A stretch of 64,000 nt of DNA from an uncultured bacterium (lineage in GTDB: Bacteria > Krumholzibacteriota > Krumholzibacteriia > LZORAL124-64-63): NCBI GenBank assembly GCA_963727525.1, contig CAVSGO010000005.1, forward strand, positions 480,001 to 544,000. Direction: 5' to 3'. Numbering within the stretch: position 1 is the stretch's first letter; each line of letters opens with the position of its first letter. Made by a program: the position numbers and the translations under genes. The notes beneath the pieces are model-generated. The model was not told the origin of the DNA and searched no databases. It saw only the letters and a program-made list of their open reading frames with translations. This document shows positions 47,153 to 57,085 of the stretch, one piece after another.

Positions 47153-48667
47153 TCAGCGCACCAGTGTCAGTTTTCCCACCTGTGACTGCCCTTCGGCAAC
47201 CACGCGGTAGAAATACGTACCGCTGGGCAAGGCGCGGCCGTGGCGGTCGACGCCGTTCCAGGTGAACTCCTGCGGGCCCGCATCGAGGCCGCCCACGTAC
47301 AGCTCGCGGATGAGGCGGCCGGCGAGATCGACGATGGTGAGCGACACGTGCGCACGTCGCGCGAGCGAGAAGGCGATCTTTACCTGCGGGTTGAACGGGT
47401 TCGGGTAGGCCTGCGCGTGGCTCACCAGGGACGGCGTCTCCTCGACGCCGAGAGCCTCGGGGATGAAGAAGTCGAAGTTCACGAGGCCCAGCGACGGATC
47501 GTCCACCTGGTGCCAGATGCTGTCCTCCACCTCCGCGGCCGTGTACGCCGCCCAGAAATTGCCCTGCGCCATCTGCGGCAATGGTGTGTTGTTGTAGAAG
47601 CCGTAGATCTCGCCGCCGAGGCCGTTGTCCATGATGAAGTTGTTGCCGTCGTCGCCGGGGAATTCGTTGGTCAGGTCGCCCAGGTTCGGTTGCCCGCCGT
47701 TGATCGCCGCCACGCCGTACCAGTGCCCCACGATGAGGTTGTCCACGAGGATGGGCGCGTTGCTGCCGTTGCAGGCCACGCCGAAGCCCCAGTTCACCGT
47801 GTCGGGGTGGATGTTGTTGTTGCGGATCCGGTTGCCGATGATGGTCGGGTTTGCGCCCGTCGAGTAGCAGAGGATGCCGTAGCCGCAACCCTCGATGCGG
47901 TTGTCCTCGATCACCGCGTTGCTGGACGCCCACACCGAGATGCCGCCGCTCATCTGATGGCCGCTGCCGAGGATGGTGCAGCCGCGGATCGTGGGGGAGT
48001 TCACGCCCTGCAGCCCGATGTTGAAGTACGGGTAGGGCGACGTGTTCTGGATGTTGTTGTTCTCGAGGGTGCAGTCCTCGAACAGGGGCGACGACGTGAG
48101 CGTGATCGTCACCGTGCGCTGCTGATTGTCGCGCATGGTGCAGCGCCGGATGGTGCCGTTGGCCGACGCGAAGTCGAAGGCTCGGTTCAGGCAATCGTGG
48201 ATCAGGCAATCCTCGACGAGGGGATCGGCGCCAAAGACATCGACGGCGATGTCGGCGAAGGCGATGTCGCAGTGCGCGAGGTGCAGTTCGGAACCGGCGA
48301 TGGTGTCCTGGAAGTCGATGCCGCGCCAGGCGCCGGGCGTGGCGGCCTGCGAGGTGAGTGCGATGGGCGCGCCCAGGGTACCCACGGCCACGAAGCTGCC
48401 GTTCACCGTCAGCCCCATGACACCGCTCGTGTCCAGGAAAGTGAGCGTGGCCCCGGCCGGCACGGTCACCCGGTCGCCCACCGTGATCAGTACCGAGTCG
48501 TGGAACTCGTAGGCCCCCGAGCCACCGGTCACCGCACCGCCCGAACTGGCGACGAGGTCGTCGAGGCTCCAGTTCACGCCCAGCCCGGGCGTGGCGTATT
48601 CGGCGTGCGCACCGGCCGCGAAGAGCACGAGCGCGAACACGAGAGCAACGGGGCGAGCACACCGCAT
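47153..48667 (-). CDS. Secreted right-handed beta-helix protein with FlgD-Ig/T9SS-like tail
   Basis: PI..TS....PG.W.GI.F, repeated P.I..C/N.I..N units, YPNPFNP...LPSGTYFYR...KLTLVR. Confidence 0.82.
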   Translation of the reverse strand: MRCARPVALVFALVLFAAGAHAEYATPGLGVNWSLDDLVASSGGAVTGGSGAYEFHDSVLITVGDRVTVPAGATLTFLDTSGVMGLTVNGSFVAVGTLGAPIALTSQAATPGAWRGIDFQDTIAGSELHLAHCDIAFADIAVDVFGADPLVEDCLIHDCLNRAFDFASANGTIRRCTMRDNQQRTVTITLTSSPLFEDCTLENNNIQNTSPYPYFNIGLQGVNSPTIRGCTILGSGHQMSGGISVWASSNAVIEDNRIEGCGYGILCYSTGANPTIIGNRIRNNNIHPDTVNWGFGVACNGSNAPILVDNLIVGHWYGVAAINGGQPNLGDLTNEFPGDDGNNFIMDNGLGGEIYGFYNNTPLPQMAQGNFWAAYTAAEVEDSIWHQVDDPSLGLVNFDFFIPEALGVEETPSLVSHAQAYPNPFNPQVKIAFSLARRAHVSLTIVDLAGRLIRELYVGGLDAGPQEFTWNGVDRHGRALPSGTYFYRVVAEGQSQVGKLTLVR

Positions 48668-48786
48668 GAGACGACCTCCAGCGACGGGTTCCTGGGCGAC
48701 GGGTGACAGTATAACACAGGGGCCGACCCGGCGTCAGCGCCAGGCCGGCCCCCGTGATCGGGGCCATTCAACTTCCGGAACCGCTA

Positions 48787-49845
48787 CTAGAACAGCGCCT
48801 TCACTGTCGACCAGCTCGCCGGCTCGGTGGCCACGGCGGGCTCGAGGCCGGTGAACCAGCAGATGTAGTCGTACGCCTGCGGCGCGTCGCCGGACGGCGG
48901 ATCGAAGGTCGTGGGTCCGGTCCAGAACCACACGACCTCGCCCTGCGCGTATCCGGTCAGCGTGAGCGGCGCCGTCTCGCACGGGCCGCACGTGACGTTC
49001 TGGACGACGGCCACGTCGTTGCAGTCCTGCGGATAGAGCTCGAACAGGTAGAGCGCTTGCTCAGCGTCGCCCGTCACTTCGATGGAGCCGCCGGGACCCA
49101 TGGTCAGCGCGAACCAATCGGTGTCGCGATAGCTCGCCCCGGCATTACTGTGGTACCAGCCGCTGACGCCGCAGAGCACGGCCTCGCCCGCGAGGTCGCC
49201 CGCGATGGGTTGCAATGCCGGGTCGGGGTGCACGCCGCATCCGCCGTTGTACACGTCCACGTAGCCGTTCTCGATGGGCGGCTCCCCCTCGGGCACACCG
49301 TTCGCCGGGCACTCCAGGGCGCAAGGCGAGAACATCGTGACGTCGAGCTGGTAGTCGCCGAACGAGCCGCCGTAGCCGTCGACGATGATGTAATAAGTCT
49401 CACCCGCCGACACGGCCACGTCCTCCACGCGCGACGAGTACGCGAAGCAGGGATCGCCGAAGTAGAAATCGTCGTTGCAGGCAAGGAGCGCGAGGCTGCT
49501 GTCGTAAACGTAGACTTTCGTGTCATAGCTCGAGTTGCAGAGGTCGGCGGTGATGGCTCCCGTCGCGGTGGGCGTGTACGCATACACGACGTCGGGCGAG
49601 GTGGAACCCGTGTAGGGGCAGACCTCGTCGTAGTCATTGGTGTAGCCGGCCGTGGTGCCCGTGTCGCTGAAAGGCAGCGCGTCGATCACGAAGGCATCGG
49701 CGATGGTGTCGCCGCCCTGGCGGAGCACCGGCACATTCTCCGGCACGACCGGCGTGCCCTTGACGGGCGCCTGGCGTCCGAAGTCGAGGGCCAGGGCCGG
49801 CACGGCGAGCGCGGCCACGATAAGGATCGTGAGCAAGGTACGCAT
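48787..49845 (-). CDS. Secreted Cys/Asp-rich protein with short C-terminal SWSTVKALF motif
   Basis: AGGAGG SD, signal peptide, GGDTIADA...PDVVY...YDTK...ACNDD...YYIIVDGY domain; ends VATEPASWSTVKALF. Confidence 0.75.
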   Translation of the reverse strand: MRTLLTILIVAALAVPALALDFGRQAPVKGTPVVPENVPVLRQGGDTIADAFVIDALPFSDTGTTAGYTNDYDEVCPYTGSTSPDVVYAYTPTATGAITADLCNSSYDTKVYVYDSSLALLACNDDFYFGDPCFAYSSRVEDVAVSAGETYYIIVDGYGGSFGDYQLDVTMFSPCALECPANGVPEGEPPIENGYVDVYNGGCGVHPDPALQPIAGDLAGEAVLCGVSGWYHSNAGASYRDTDWFALTMGPGGSIEVTGDAEQALYLFELYPQDCNDVAVVQNVTCGPCETAPLTLTGYAQGEVVWFWTGPTTFDPPSGDAPQAYDYICWFTGLEPAVATEPASWSTVKALF

Positions 49846-49990
49846 AGTGATGTCCTCCTATTTCGTGGATGCGTATTAAAAAGTCCGCAACGATAGCACG
49901 ATGATATAATGAAATCGCATCAATCGGGGAGACAGAATCGACGGGTGACACGAGAAAAGACATGATATGCCGTGGTGCCAGCAACGCGGC

Positions 49991-50986
49991 TCAGACGACG
50001 ACCTCACCCTCATCGAGCACGGGACGCGCCGTACCCTCGGAGGCGATGGCCGTGATGGTGGGCCGGTGCACGAGGTAATCGACGTGCAGGCGGGAGCGAT
50101 TTTTACCGCCCGGGATGCCGTCGTTGTCGCCGAAGGCGATGTGGCAGGTGCGCAGAGCCTTCTCGTCCTCGAGCATGCGGCCGACGAGGCGGGCACCCGG
50201 ATTCAGCCCGATCCCCAGCTCGGCGATGACGGCAGCGCCCCCATCGGTGTCCATATAGCCCCGCACGCGGGCCCGCCAGTCGGCATCGTCGCAACCCACC
50301 TCGATGACGCGTCCGTCGCGCACCTCCAGGGTGATCGGAGCCGTCGGTAGACCGTCGCCCCCCACTGGACCGTCGACCACGATCACGCCCTGCGCTCCAT
50401 GCTCCACCGGCGCGCAGTAGATCTCGCCGCACGGCAGGTTCACACCCATGGCGACCGTGGCCTGGAGGTCGCTGACGAAGGCGCGATCGGTGATGTCGAA
50501 GGTGATGTTGGTGCCGGAACCAGCCGTGATGCGTACGCGCGCCGCTCCGGCGAGTGCCGCCATGAGAGCGTCGGCGCGTCGGTGCATGGCGGCGTAATCA
50601 ACGTCGAGGGAGCCGCCCGTCATCATGCCTTCCGTGATGCCGGGGCAGTGACCCAGACGGATCGTCCCACGCGACTCGATGGCGTGCATCCACCGGATGC
50701 GCACGGGTACCTCGGCGGTATCGCCGTCGAGCACGTTCACCACCACGTTGACGCCGTCGAGCGCGGCCGTCATCCCGTCGGGGAGGGCGGCGAGCGGGCG
50801 GCCGATGGCGGGAAGGTCGAACGTCCTGACGTGGCACCCGCTCGCCTCGGCCGCGGCGACGAATGCGTCGGGGCAGTCACCGCAGCGCGCGTCACACACC
50901 ACGAGGACGCGATCATCGGACGTGAGGCCGAGCGCCGCGACCATCGCACGGCGGGCGGCGTGTATCATCGCAGGCGTGATAGCCAT
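49991..50986 (-). CDS. Aminopeptidase, M29-like (leucyl aminopeptidase-related)
   Basis: GTN..F, NLP.GE.Y.AP, IAELGIGLN, EDEK...CHIAFG.N..GG.N.S..H.D. Confidence 0.85.
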   Translation of the reverse strand: MAITPAMIHAARRAMVAALGLTSDDRVLVVCDARCGDCPDAFVAAAEASGCHVRTFDLPAIGRPLAALPDGMTAALDGVNVVVNVLDGDTAEVPVRIRWMHAIESRGTIRLGHCPGITEGMMTGGSLDVDYAAMHRRADALMAALAGAARVRITAGSGTNITFDITDRAFVSDLQATVAMGVNLPCGEIYCAPVEHGAQGVIVVDGPVGGDGLPTAPITLEVRDGRVIEVGCDDADWRARVRGYMDTDGGAAVIAELGIGLNPGARLVGRMLEDEKALRTCHIAFGDNDGIPGGKNRSRLHVDYLVHRPTITAIASEGTARPVLDEGEVVV

Positions 50987-51059
50987 GATCCTCTCCCTGG
51001 TCGCGTGGGGACGGCCTGCATACGGCGGCTCGTCGATGAAGTTGCCGGGCGTTCGAAAT

Positions 51060-53216
51060 TCAGCGCACGAGTGTGGCGCGCTGCCAGGACGTGCGTCCAT
51101 CGGCGGCGAGCCGGAGCAAGTACACGCCGCTCGCCACGGGGCGCCCCACGGCGTCGTCGCCGCGCCACGTGAGCGCGTGCGCACCGGCCGGGAGATCGCC
51201 GTCGGCCAGCGTCGCCACCAGGCGCCCGCGCAGATCGTGCACCGTCAGGCGCACGGGCCCCGCGCTGGCCAGCGAGAAGGCCAACGTCGTGGCGGGATTG
51301 AAGGGATTCGGATATGGCGGCGCGAACCACGAGGCGGGTCGCGGCAGGTCCGGGGCCGCGCTGGTCCAGGCGGTGTCGTCGCGGATGACGAGTCCTCCCC
51401 CCTCGACGCTGATGGTGTAAGCCAGGCCATCGCTGGCGGCGAGAGCCTCCGTGCCGCTCGGATCGTCGTATCCGCCCACGATCGCCGGCTGGCCCGGCGT
51501 GGCGATGTCGACGATACGCGCACCGCGGTGGGTCTGCACCCACAGCCGCGAGCCGGCCACCATGAGCGCCGACGGATAGCGCACGCTGACGTGGGCCACG
51601 GGCTGCAACCCATGTGGACCGCCGGGTACGTACTCGCCCACCACGCTGCGCGTGGCAATGAACACGCGGCCGTCCGCCACGGCGATGTCGGCCACGGTGT
51701 CCACGTCCACCGCGCCGATCTGCAATGGCGTGTCGAGATCGCGGATACCGTAGAGGCGCACCTCCTGGTGCGCGTAGTCCCACACCCCGAGCAACGATCC
51801 CTGCAGCGAGACGAACCCCGGCCGCGTGGCCAGCACGGCCGCACGCCGCGGCGCGGCGGGATCGCTGACGTCGTAGAGCTGGATGCCCAGGCCATGGCAC
51901 ACAGCGAGGCGGTCGCCGTCGAGTCGACAAGCCGCGCGCGAACCGGGCATCGTATTGCGGATCTTGGCGATGACGCGGGGCAGGGCGGGATCGCTGACGT
52001 CGTAGAGCCAGATCGAAGCGGAATCGCAGCACGCCAGCCTGCCGCCGTTGAGGGCGGGCTCCCCGAACGGTCCCTTGAGCATATCGGCGAGCAGCCGGGG
52101 TCGGGCCGGATCCCGCGCGTCGATGAACACGAGGTCGTGCTCGGCGGACGTGCGTCCCACGACGATGCCGTGTTCCATCACCGCGTCGCCGAGACGGCCG
52201 ACCTGCGTGCGCACCGCCAGCAGCGTGGGCGGCGCGTCGTACTCGGGCCACGCATAGGTGCGCAGACTGCCGCCTTCCAGCACGAACACCGCGCCAGGCG
52301 TGGCGGCCAGGCCAGCGACCAGCGCCGGATGCACGGCACCCGGCCGCGGCGCCGCGGGATCGGCGAAGGAAAAGGCCTGCAGACCACCCTGGCGCGTCCC
52401 CAGGAGCAGCAGGTCGCCGGCGCGGGCGAGGCTCGTGTGCGCGGCGTCGGCAGACACGCCCGCCGGTTGCACCGAGAGCGTCACCGGCGTCAGCGGGCCG
52501 TTGAACCCGTAGGTCGCCAGCTCGGGACCTGCCGGCCCCTCCTGCGCGACCACGAGCGTCGTGCCCACGGCCAGCATCGCGTCGATGCGCGCGGCCGGCA
52601 GCGTGAGCGTGCCCAGGTCGACCGGCAGCGTCGGTTGCGTCACGTCGATGGCGTGCAGGCGCGACGCCCCGTCCACAAGATAGAGCACGTCGCCGATCGT
52701 CGCGGGCCAGCGATAGCCGTCGAACTCCCCGATGAACAGCCCGGCGCCGAACGTCGGGTCGCCGGGATTCTCGAGATCGTAGGCGAAACAGACAGTGTCG
52801 TCGCACAGGTAGGCCGCGCCGCCGCGCAGTGTGAGCGTGTCGTAGAAGTAAGGCGCGAAACCGGTGTACACGGCATCCACGACACCGGGATCGCGCAGGT
52901 CGAGGAGCGTGGCTCCAGAGGTGACGATGCTCTGTGCACCGATCAGCAGGCCGTCGTCGTAGGCCACGTGGTCAAGCAGGCAGGTCGTGACCCGGAACTC
53001 GCTTGCGAGCGTCGGCGCCTGCGGATCGGTCACGTCGCGGACCACACCGCGCGCGCCGGCAAATTCGAGAACCGTGTGATCGTCGAGTGCGAGGGGAGTG
53101 CCCACGAAATCGGACCCGAGCAAGACGACGTTCATCGTGGTGACGCTGGCCTCGGCCAGACAGACGGGCGCCGCAACGATCAGTGCGAACAGCGTGAACG
53201 AGCCCCGGAAGGTCAT
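51060..53216 (-). CDS. Secreted LVIVD-repeat protein with FlgD-Ig/T9SS-like tail
   Basis: Many (I/Y)D(V/L)(S/T)DP..P repeats; YPNPFNP...VASGVY..RL tail. Confidence 0.82.
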   Translation of the reverse strand: MTFRGSFTLFALIVAAPVCLAEASVTTMNVVLLGSDFVGTPLALDDHTVLEFAGARGVVRDVTDPQAPTLASEFRVTTCLLDHVAYDDGLLIGAQSIVTSGATLLDLRDPGVVDAVYTGFAPYFYDTLTLRGGAAYLCDDTVCFAYDLENPGDPTFGAGLFIGEFDGYRWPATIGDVLYLVDGASRLHAIDVTQPTLPVDLGTLTLPAARIDAMLAVGTTLVVAQEGPAGPELATYGFNGPLTPVTLSVQPAGVSADAAHTSLARAGDLLLLGTRQGGLQAFSFADPAAPRPGAVHPALVAGLAATPGAVFVLEGGSLRTYAWPEYDAPPTLLAVRTQVGRLGDAVMEHGIVVGRTSAEHDLVFIDARDPARPRLLADMLKGPFGEPALNGGRLACCDSASIWLYDVSDPALPRVIAKIRNTMPGSRAACRLDGDRLAVCHGLGIQLYDVSDPAAPRRAAVLATRPGFVSLQGSLLGVWDYAHQEVRLYGIRDLDTPLQIGAVDVDTVADIAVADGRVFIATRSVVGEYVPGGPHGLQPVAHVSVRYPSALMVAGSRLWVQTHRGARIVDIATPGQPAIVGGYDDPSGTEALAASDGLAYTISVEGGGLVIRDDTAWTSAAPDLPRPASWFAPPYPNPFNPATTLAFSLASAGPVRLTVHDLRGRLVATLADGDLPAGAHALTWRGDDAVGRPVASGVYLLRLAADGRTSWQRATLVR

Positions 53217-53224
53217 CGGCCCCT

Positions 53225-55219
53225 CTATTTCGCCAGCACCACCCTCCGCGATAGTATGCGCTCGTTCGTGACGAGCTGCACCAGGTAAACGCCTGCGGCG
53301 ACGGCGTGGTCGCTGTCATCGCGCCCATCCCAGGTGAGTGTCTGCCATGTCCCGGCCGCCGCATCGGCGAACAGGGTGCGCACGCGGCGGCCGCGCAGAT
53401 CCACCACACGGCAGGCGGCCTGGGCGCCCGCCGGCGCCCGCCAGCGCAACGAGGTGCGAGGGTTGAAGGGGTTGGGATACGCCGCCTGCAGCGCGGCGAT
53501 CCCGGCCGGTGGGGCCGACGCGGGGCCCGGCTGCGTGGCGAAACGGACGCTGGATCCGTCGGCCAGCGTGAGTGCCACGTCGTAGAGGAACCGCGCGTCG
53601 AGAGGGGCACCGGTGTCGATGCCGCTGAAGGCGTCGCCCGTCCAGGCAACGCCGCCCACGGCCGTACGCGCCGCCACCTGGTCGTCGTCGCCGAGTACGA
53701 GGCGAGTGACGGCCACGGCCGCCACGTCGCCCACCGGCACCGCGCACCGGAAGCGCAGGACCACGTCGAGATCGGGCGTCCAGTCCGCGCTCCAGAGCGT
53801 GAGTATCGCCGGCGTGGCTTCGCCGGAACTGGACCACACCTTCACCCACCCCGCGGTGGCGGAGTTGACGACGTTGCCGCTCGGCGCACCGACGGCGTAA
53901 TCGGCATAGGTGTCGCCGTCGAAGTCACCCGCCGCGGCGACCCACCAGCCGAAGCGGTCGCCGGGCGCGGTGCCGTTCACCAGCAGTTCGTGCGTCACCT
54001 GCGGCAGCGACGACGCGCTGCCGTACGAGCTGGAGCCGCCGGGGTAGATCACGGCGAGTCCCGCCTGCGCACCCAGACCGGCCACGGCATTGGGCGCGCC
54101 GATCAGCAGGTCGGCGTACGTGGCCCCCTCCACATCGCCCACGCCGGCAAGGCTGAAGCCCAGCCAGTCGTTCGCCGCAGCTCCGTTCACGGTGCGGTCG
54201 GCGTTGCCGTCAGCGCTGCTGCCACCGTAGAACACCTCCACGCGGCCGGCATCCGCGCCTCCCGTGTTGTCGAGCGGCGCGCCCACGGCCACGTCGTCGT
54301 AGCTGTCGTTGTTCCAGCGTCCGGCACCCGCCACCGCGTAGCCGAACTCGTTATCTGCGGTGCTGGTGGCGTTGCTGGTGAGCGTGAGGTCGGATGCCGC
54401 GTTGGGCCCCGGATTGGCTGCGGTGGTGCCGGCGAAGACATAGGCTGCGCCCTCGCGCAGGCCGGCGCCGGTGCCGTTGCTGGGCGCGCCCACCACGGCA
54501 CAGCGCGCGGTGCCGCCGAGGAAGTTGCCCGTTCCGGCCACCGACCAGCCGAAGCGCTCGTAGGCCAGGGCGCCGGTCAGGATGAGGTCGGGCGCCGCGC
54601 CGATACCGCTGTTCGAGCCATAGAACACGTAGGCCGCGCCGGCCTCCACGCCGGTGCGGTCGCTGTACGGCGCACCCACGATGAAGTCGTCGCGTCCATC
54701 ACCGTTGAAGTCGCCCAGCGCGGCGATCGCGAAGCCAAACTCCTCACCGCCGGCCGTGCCCTCGAGGATGCGGTCAGCCTGGGCCGGCGTGGACGGCAGG
54801 GGCGTACCGCCGTAGAAGACATAGACGCGTCCAGCGTCGGTCCCCGCGGCGTCGGCGAGGGGCGCGCCAATGGCGAAATCGCCCACACCGTCGTGGTTCA
54901 CGTCGCCGATGGCGGCCACGGCCCGGCCGAACGACTCGCCACCGGTCCCGGACCACACCTGGAAGGCATTCACCGTGAGATCCACCCCGCCAAGCCACAG
55001 GAATGCCCGGCCGCTGTCGCCGCCGTAGCCGGGTGAACCCACGAGAAGCTCGTCGCGGCCGTCGCCGTTCTGGTCGGCCACGCCGGCGGCGCAGGCACCG
55101 AAGTCCTGGCCGTCGACGCCGGCGGCGTCGCGCAGGATGACAGCCCGGGCACTCGGAGCGGTGGCAAGGCCGAACCCGAGGGCCGAGAGCGCCAGGGCGG
55201 TGAAGAAACGAGCGACCAC
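53225..55219 (-). CDS. Secreted integrin-alpha-like FG-GAP repeat protein with FlgD-Ig/T9SS-like tail
   Basis: About seven FG..VA..GD.NGDG..D..VGAP....G..YVF.G repeats; YPNPFNP...WDGRD...GVY; GGAGG SD before GTG 55219. Confidence 0.85.
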   Translation of the reverse strand: MVARFFTALALSALGFGLATAPSARAVILRDAAGVDGQDFGACAAGVADQNGDGRDELLVGSPGYGGDSGRAFLWLGGVDLTVNAFQVWSGTGGESFGRAVAAIGDVNHDGVGDFAIGAPLADAAGTDAGRVYVFYGGTPLPSTPAQADRILEGTAGGEEFGFAIAALGDFNGDGRDDFIVGAPYSDRTGVEAGAAYVFYGSNSGIGAAPDLILTGALAYERFGWSVAGTGNFLGGTARCAVVGAPSNGTGAGLREGAAYVFAGTTAANPGPNAASDLTLTSNATSTADNEFGYAVAGAGRWNNDSYDDVAVGAPLDNTGGADAGRVEVFYGGSSADGNADRTVNGAAANDWLGFSLAGVGDVEGATYADLLIGAPNAVAGLGAQAGLAVIYPGGSSSYGSASSLPQVTHELLVNGTAPGDRFGWWVAAAGDFDGDTYADYAVGAPSGNVVNSATAGWVKVWSSSGEATPAILTLWSADWTPDLDVVLRFRCAVPVGDVAAVAVTRLVLGDDDQVAARTAVGGVAWTGDAFSGIDTGAPLDARFLYDVALTLADGSSVRFATQPGPASAPPAGIAALQAAYPNPFNPRTSLRWRAPAGAQAACRVVDLRGRRVRTLFADAAAGTWQTLTWDGRDDSDHAVAAGVYLVQLVTNERILSRRVVLAK

Positions 55220-55417
55220 GACGAAACCTCCCGGGAAATCACGGGCCATTGAGGTGGATTTTCGGCCACCAATCGGTCCATCTCTTGCTATATATGGCCT
55301 AAAGGCCTTTCTATGCGGCGCCGATCCTTGCAGAAAGACCTTGATCGCCGAGCGTCGCTGCTGCCATTGTAGGCTGAACCGGGGCGGCTAGAAACGGATT
55401 TCGCCGAGGAATTTTGC

Positions 55418-56830
55418 ATGCGCACAAATGGACTCATCGCGGCTGCCCTGCTCATCCTGGGTGGCGTTGCAATTTTCGTGACCAATACGCCGGAATCCGA
55501 TCCGGCGGCCCCCACGGGGGCCCAGACGGCGTCGATCGCCAACGGCATGGGCGGCCCTGCGGAGATGCCGCTGCCGGAGATCCCGGTCGATATGCAAGGC
55601 CCGGATGGCTTCACCGCTGCCGATAGCACGGTCCCTGGTGACGAGGATCTGGTCATCGGCCGCAAGCAGACCTTCTACGAAGCCATGCAGGCCCACGGCG
55701 TGGGCCACACCGACATCATGGCCCTCGTGAAGGCCGTCAAACCCTTCCGCAACCTCAAGTCGGTACACGCCGGCGAACACTTCCGCGTGGCGACCGATGC
55801 CGACGGCCAGCTCACCTCATTCGGCTTCGACCTCGACCTCGAGAGCTGGATACGCTACGTACGGACGGGCAACACCTTCGAGCAGGAGCAGGGCAGTTAC
55901 CCGGTGGAGCACCGCGTATGCGGCGTGTCGGGCACGATCGCCAGCAGCCTGTACGCGAGCCTGCAGGGCGTGAGCGCCCCCCTCGACCTGGCCCCCAAGA
56001 TGACTGACGTGCTCGGCTGGGACGTCGATTTTCAGCGCGACGTGCGCAAGGGCGACACCTTTCGCATCCTCTACGAAGAGGTGTGGAAGAACGGGACCTT
56101 CGTGCGTACCGGCCCCATCCTCGCCTGCGCGTATGGTCGCAGCGACCGGACGCTGAGCGCGTACCGGTACCTCACCGGCGACGGCAATCCGGGCTACTAC
56201 GACACCGACGGCAAGAACCTGCAGAAGGCCCTCATGCGTGCTCCGCTGAACTACTCGCGCATCAGCAGCGGGTTCAGCTACGCGCGCCGCCACCCCGTGC
56301 TCGGCAGGGTGATGCCCCACCTGGGCATCGACTACGCCGCACCCATCGGCACCCCCGTGTGGGCCGCCGGCAATGGCACCATCATCGACATCGGCCGCAA
56401 GGGCGGCAATGGCCGCTACATCCGCATCCAGCACACGAATCGCGAATACGAGACCTACTACCTGCACCTCTCGCGCTTTGCGAAGAACATGCACCGGGGC
56501 ACTCACGTGCACCAGGGTCAGGTCATCGGCTACGTGGGAGCCAGCGGCTATGCCACAGGCCCCCACCTCGACTTCCGCGTGAAGCGCGGCGGCACCTTCG
56601 TGAATCCCCGCAAGCTCAAGCTTCCGGCCGCCGAACCCGTCCCCGGCGACGAGCGCGCCGTCTTCGACTCCCAGCGCGACCTCTATCAGTGGGCCCTCGC
56701 GGATCTTCCCGACACCACGAGCCCCGAGACGCTCACGGCCCTGAGTCCCTCCACCCCGCCGCACTGGAACGCCGAGGCCTACGTCGCCGCGAGCATTCCG
56801 GCCGCGGTGCGGGCCGTGGCCGAGGACTAG
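55418..56830 (+). CDS. M23 peptidoglycan DD-metalloendopeptidase (MepM-like)
   Basis: N-terminal anchor; ISS.F...R.HPVL, HLGIDYAAP.GTPV, Y.HLS, QGQVIGYVG.SG.ATGPHL. Confidence 0.92.
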   Translation: MRTNGLIAAALLILGGVAIFVTNTPESDPAAPTGAQTASIANGMGGPAEMPLPEIPVDMQGPDGFTAADSTVPGDEDLVIGRKQTFYEAMQAHGVGHTDIMALVKAVKPFRNLKSVHAGEHFRVATDADGQLTSFGFDLDLESWIRYVRTGNTFEQEQGSYPVEHRVCGVSGTIASSLYASLQGVSAPLDLAPKMTDVLGWDVDFQRDVRKGDTFRILYEEVWKNGTFVRTGPILACAYGRSDRTLSAYRYLTGDGNPGYYDTDGKNLQKALMRAPLNYSRISSGFSYARRHPVLGRVMPHLGIDYAAPIGTPVWAAGNGTIIDIGRKGGNGRYIRIQHTNREYETYYLHLSRFAKNMHRGTHVHQGQVIGYVGASGYATGPHLDFRVKRGGTFVNPRKLKLPAAEPVPGDERAVFDSQRDLYQWALADLPDTTSPETLTALSPSTPPHWNAEAYVAASIPAAVRAVAED

Positions 56831-57085
56831 CGCACGAGCATCTCCACTAATCCATGGGTCTCACTGCATTTCTATGCTAGGATTGCAGTTAGCTGATGCA
56901 AGCGGGCGCGGACCGTCCTCATTCAATCCAGGGGAATCTGTCCTGCGCGCGGCGACGCATCAACGGCGGGCGGGAGTGACCCTTTGATCGACGTGATTGC
57001 CAATCCATGCGCCAGGAGGGTACTCCTCGCGGTGGGACAAGCCATGACCTGCCGCCTGACGCCGCGTCAGCGGCCCGTTTGTTAG

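Noticed and set aside
51857-52008. 24-nt direct repeat GCGGGATCGCTGACGTCGTAGAGC
   Set aside because: Two copies encoding LYDVSDPA within LVIVD protein repeats; not a CRISPR or mobile-element repeat.
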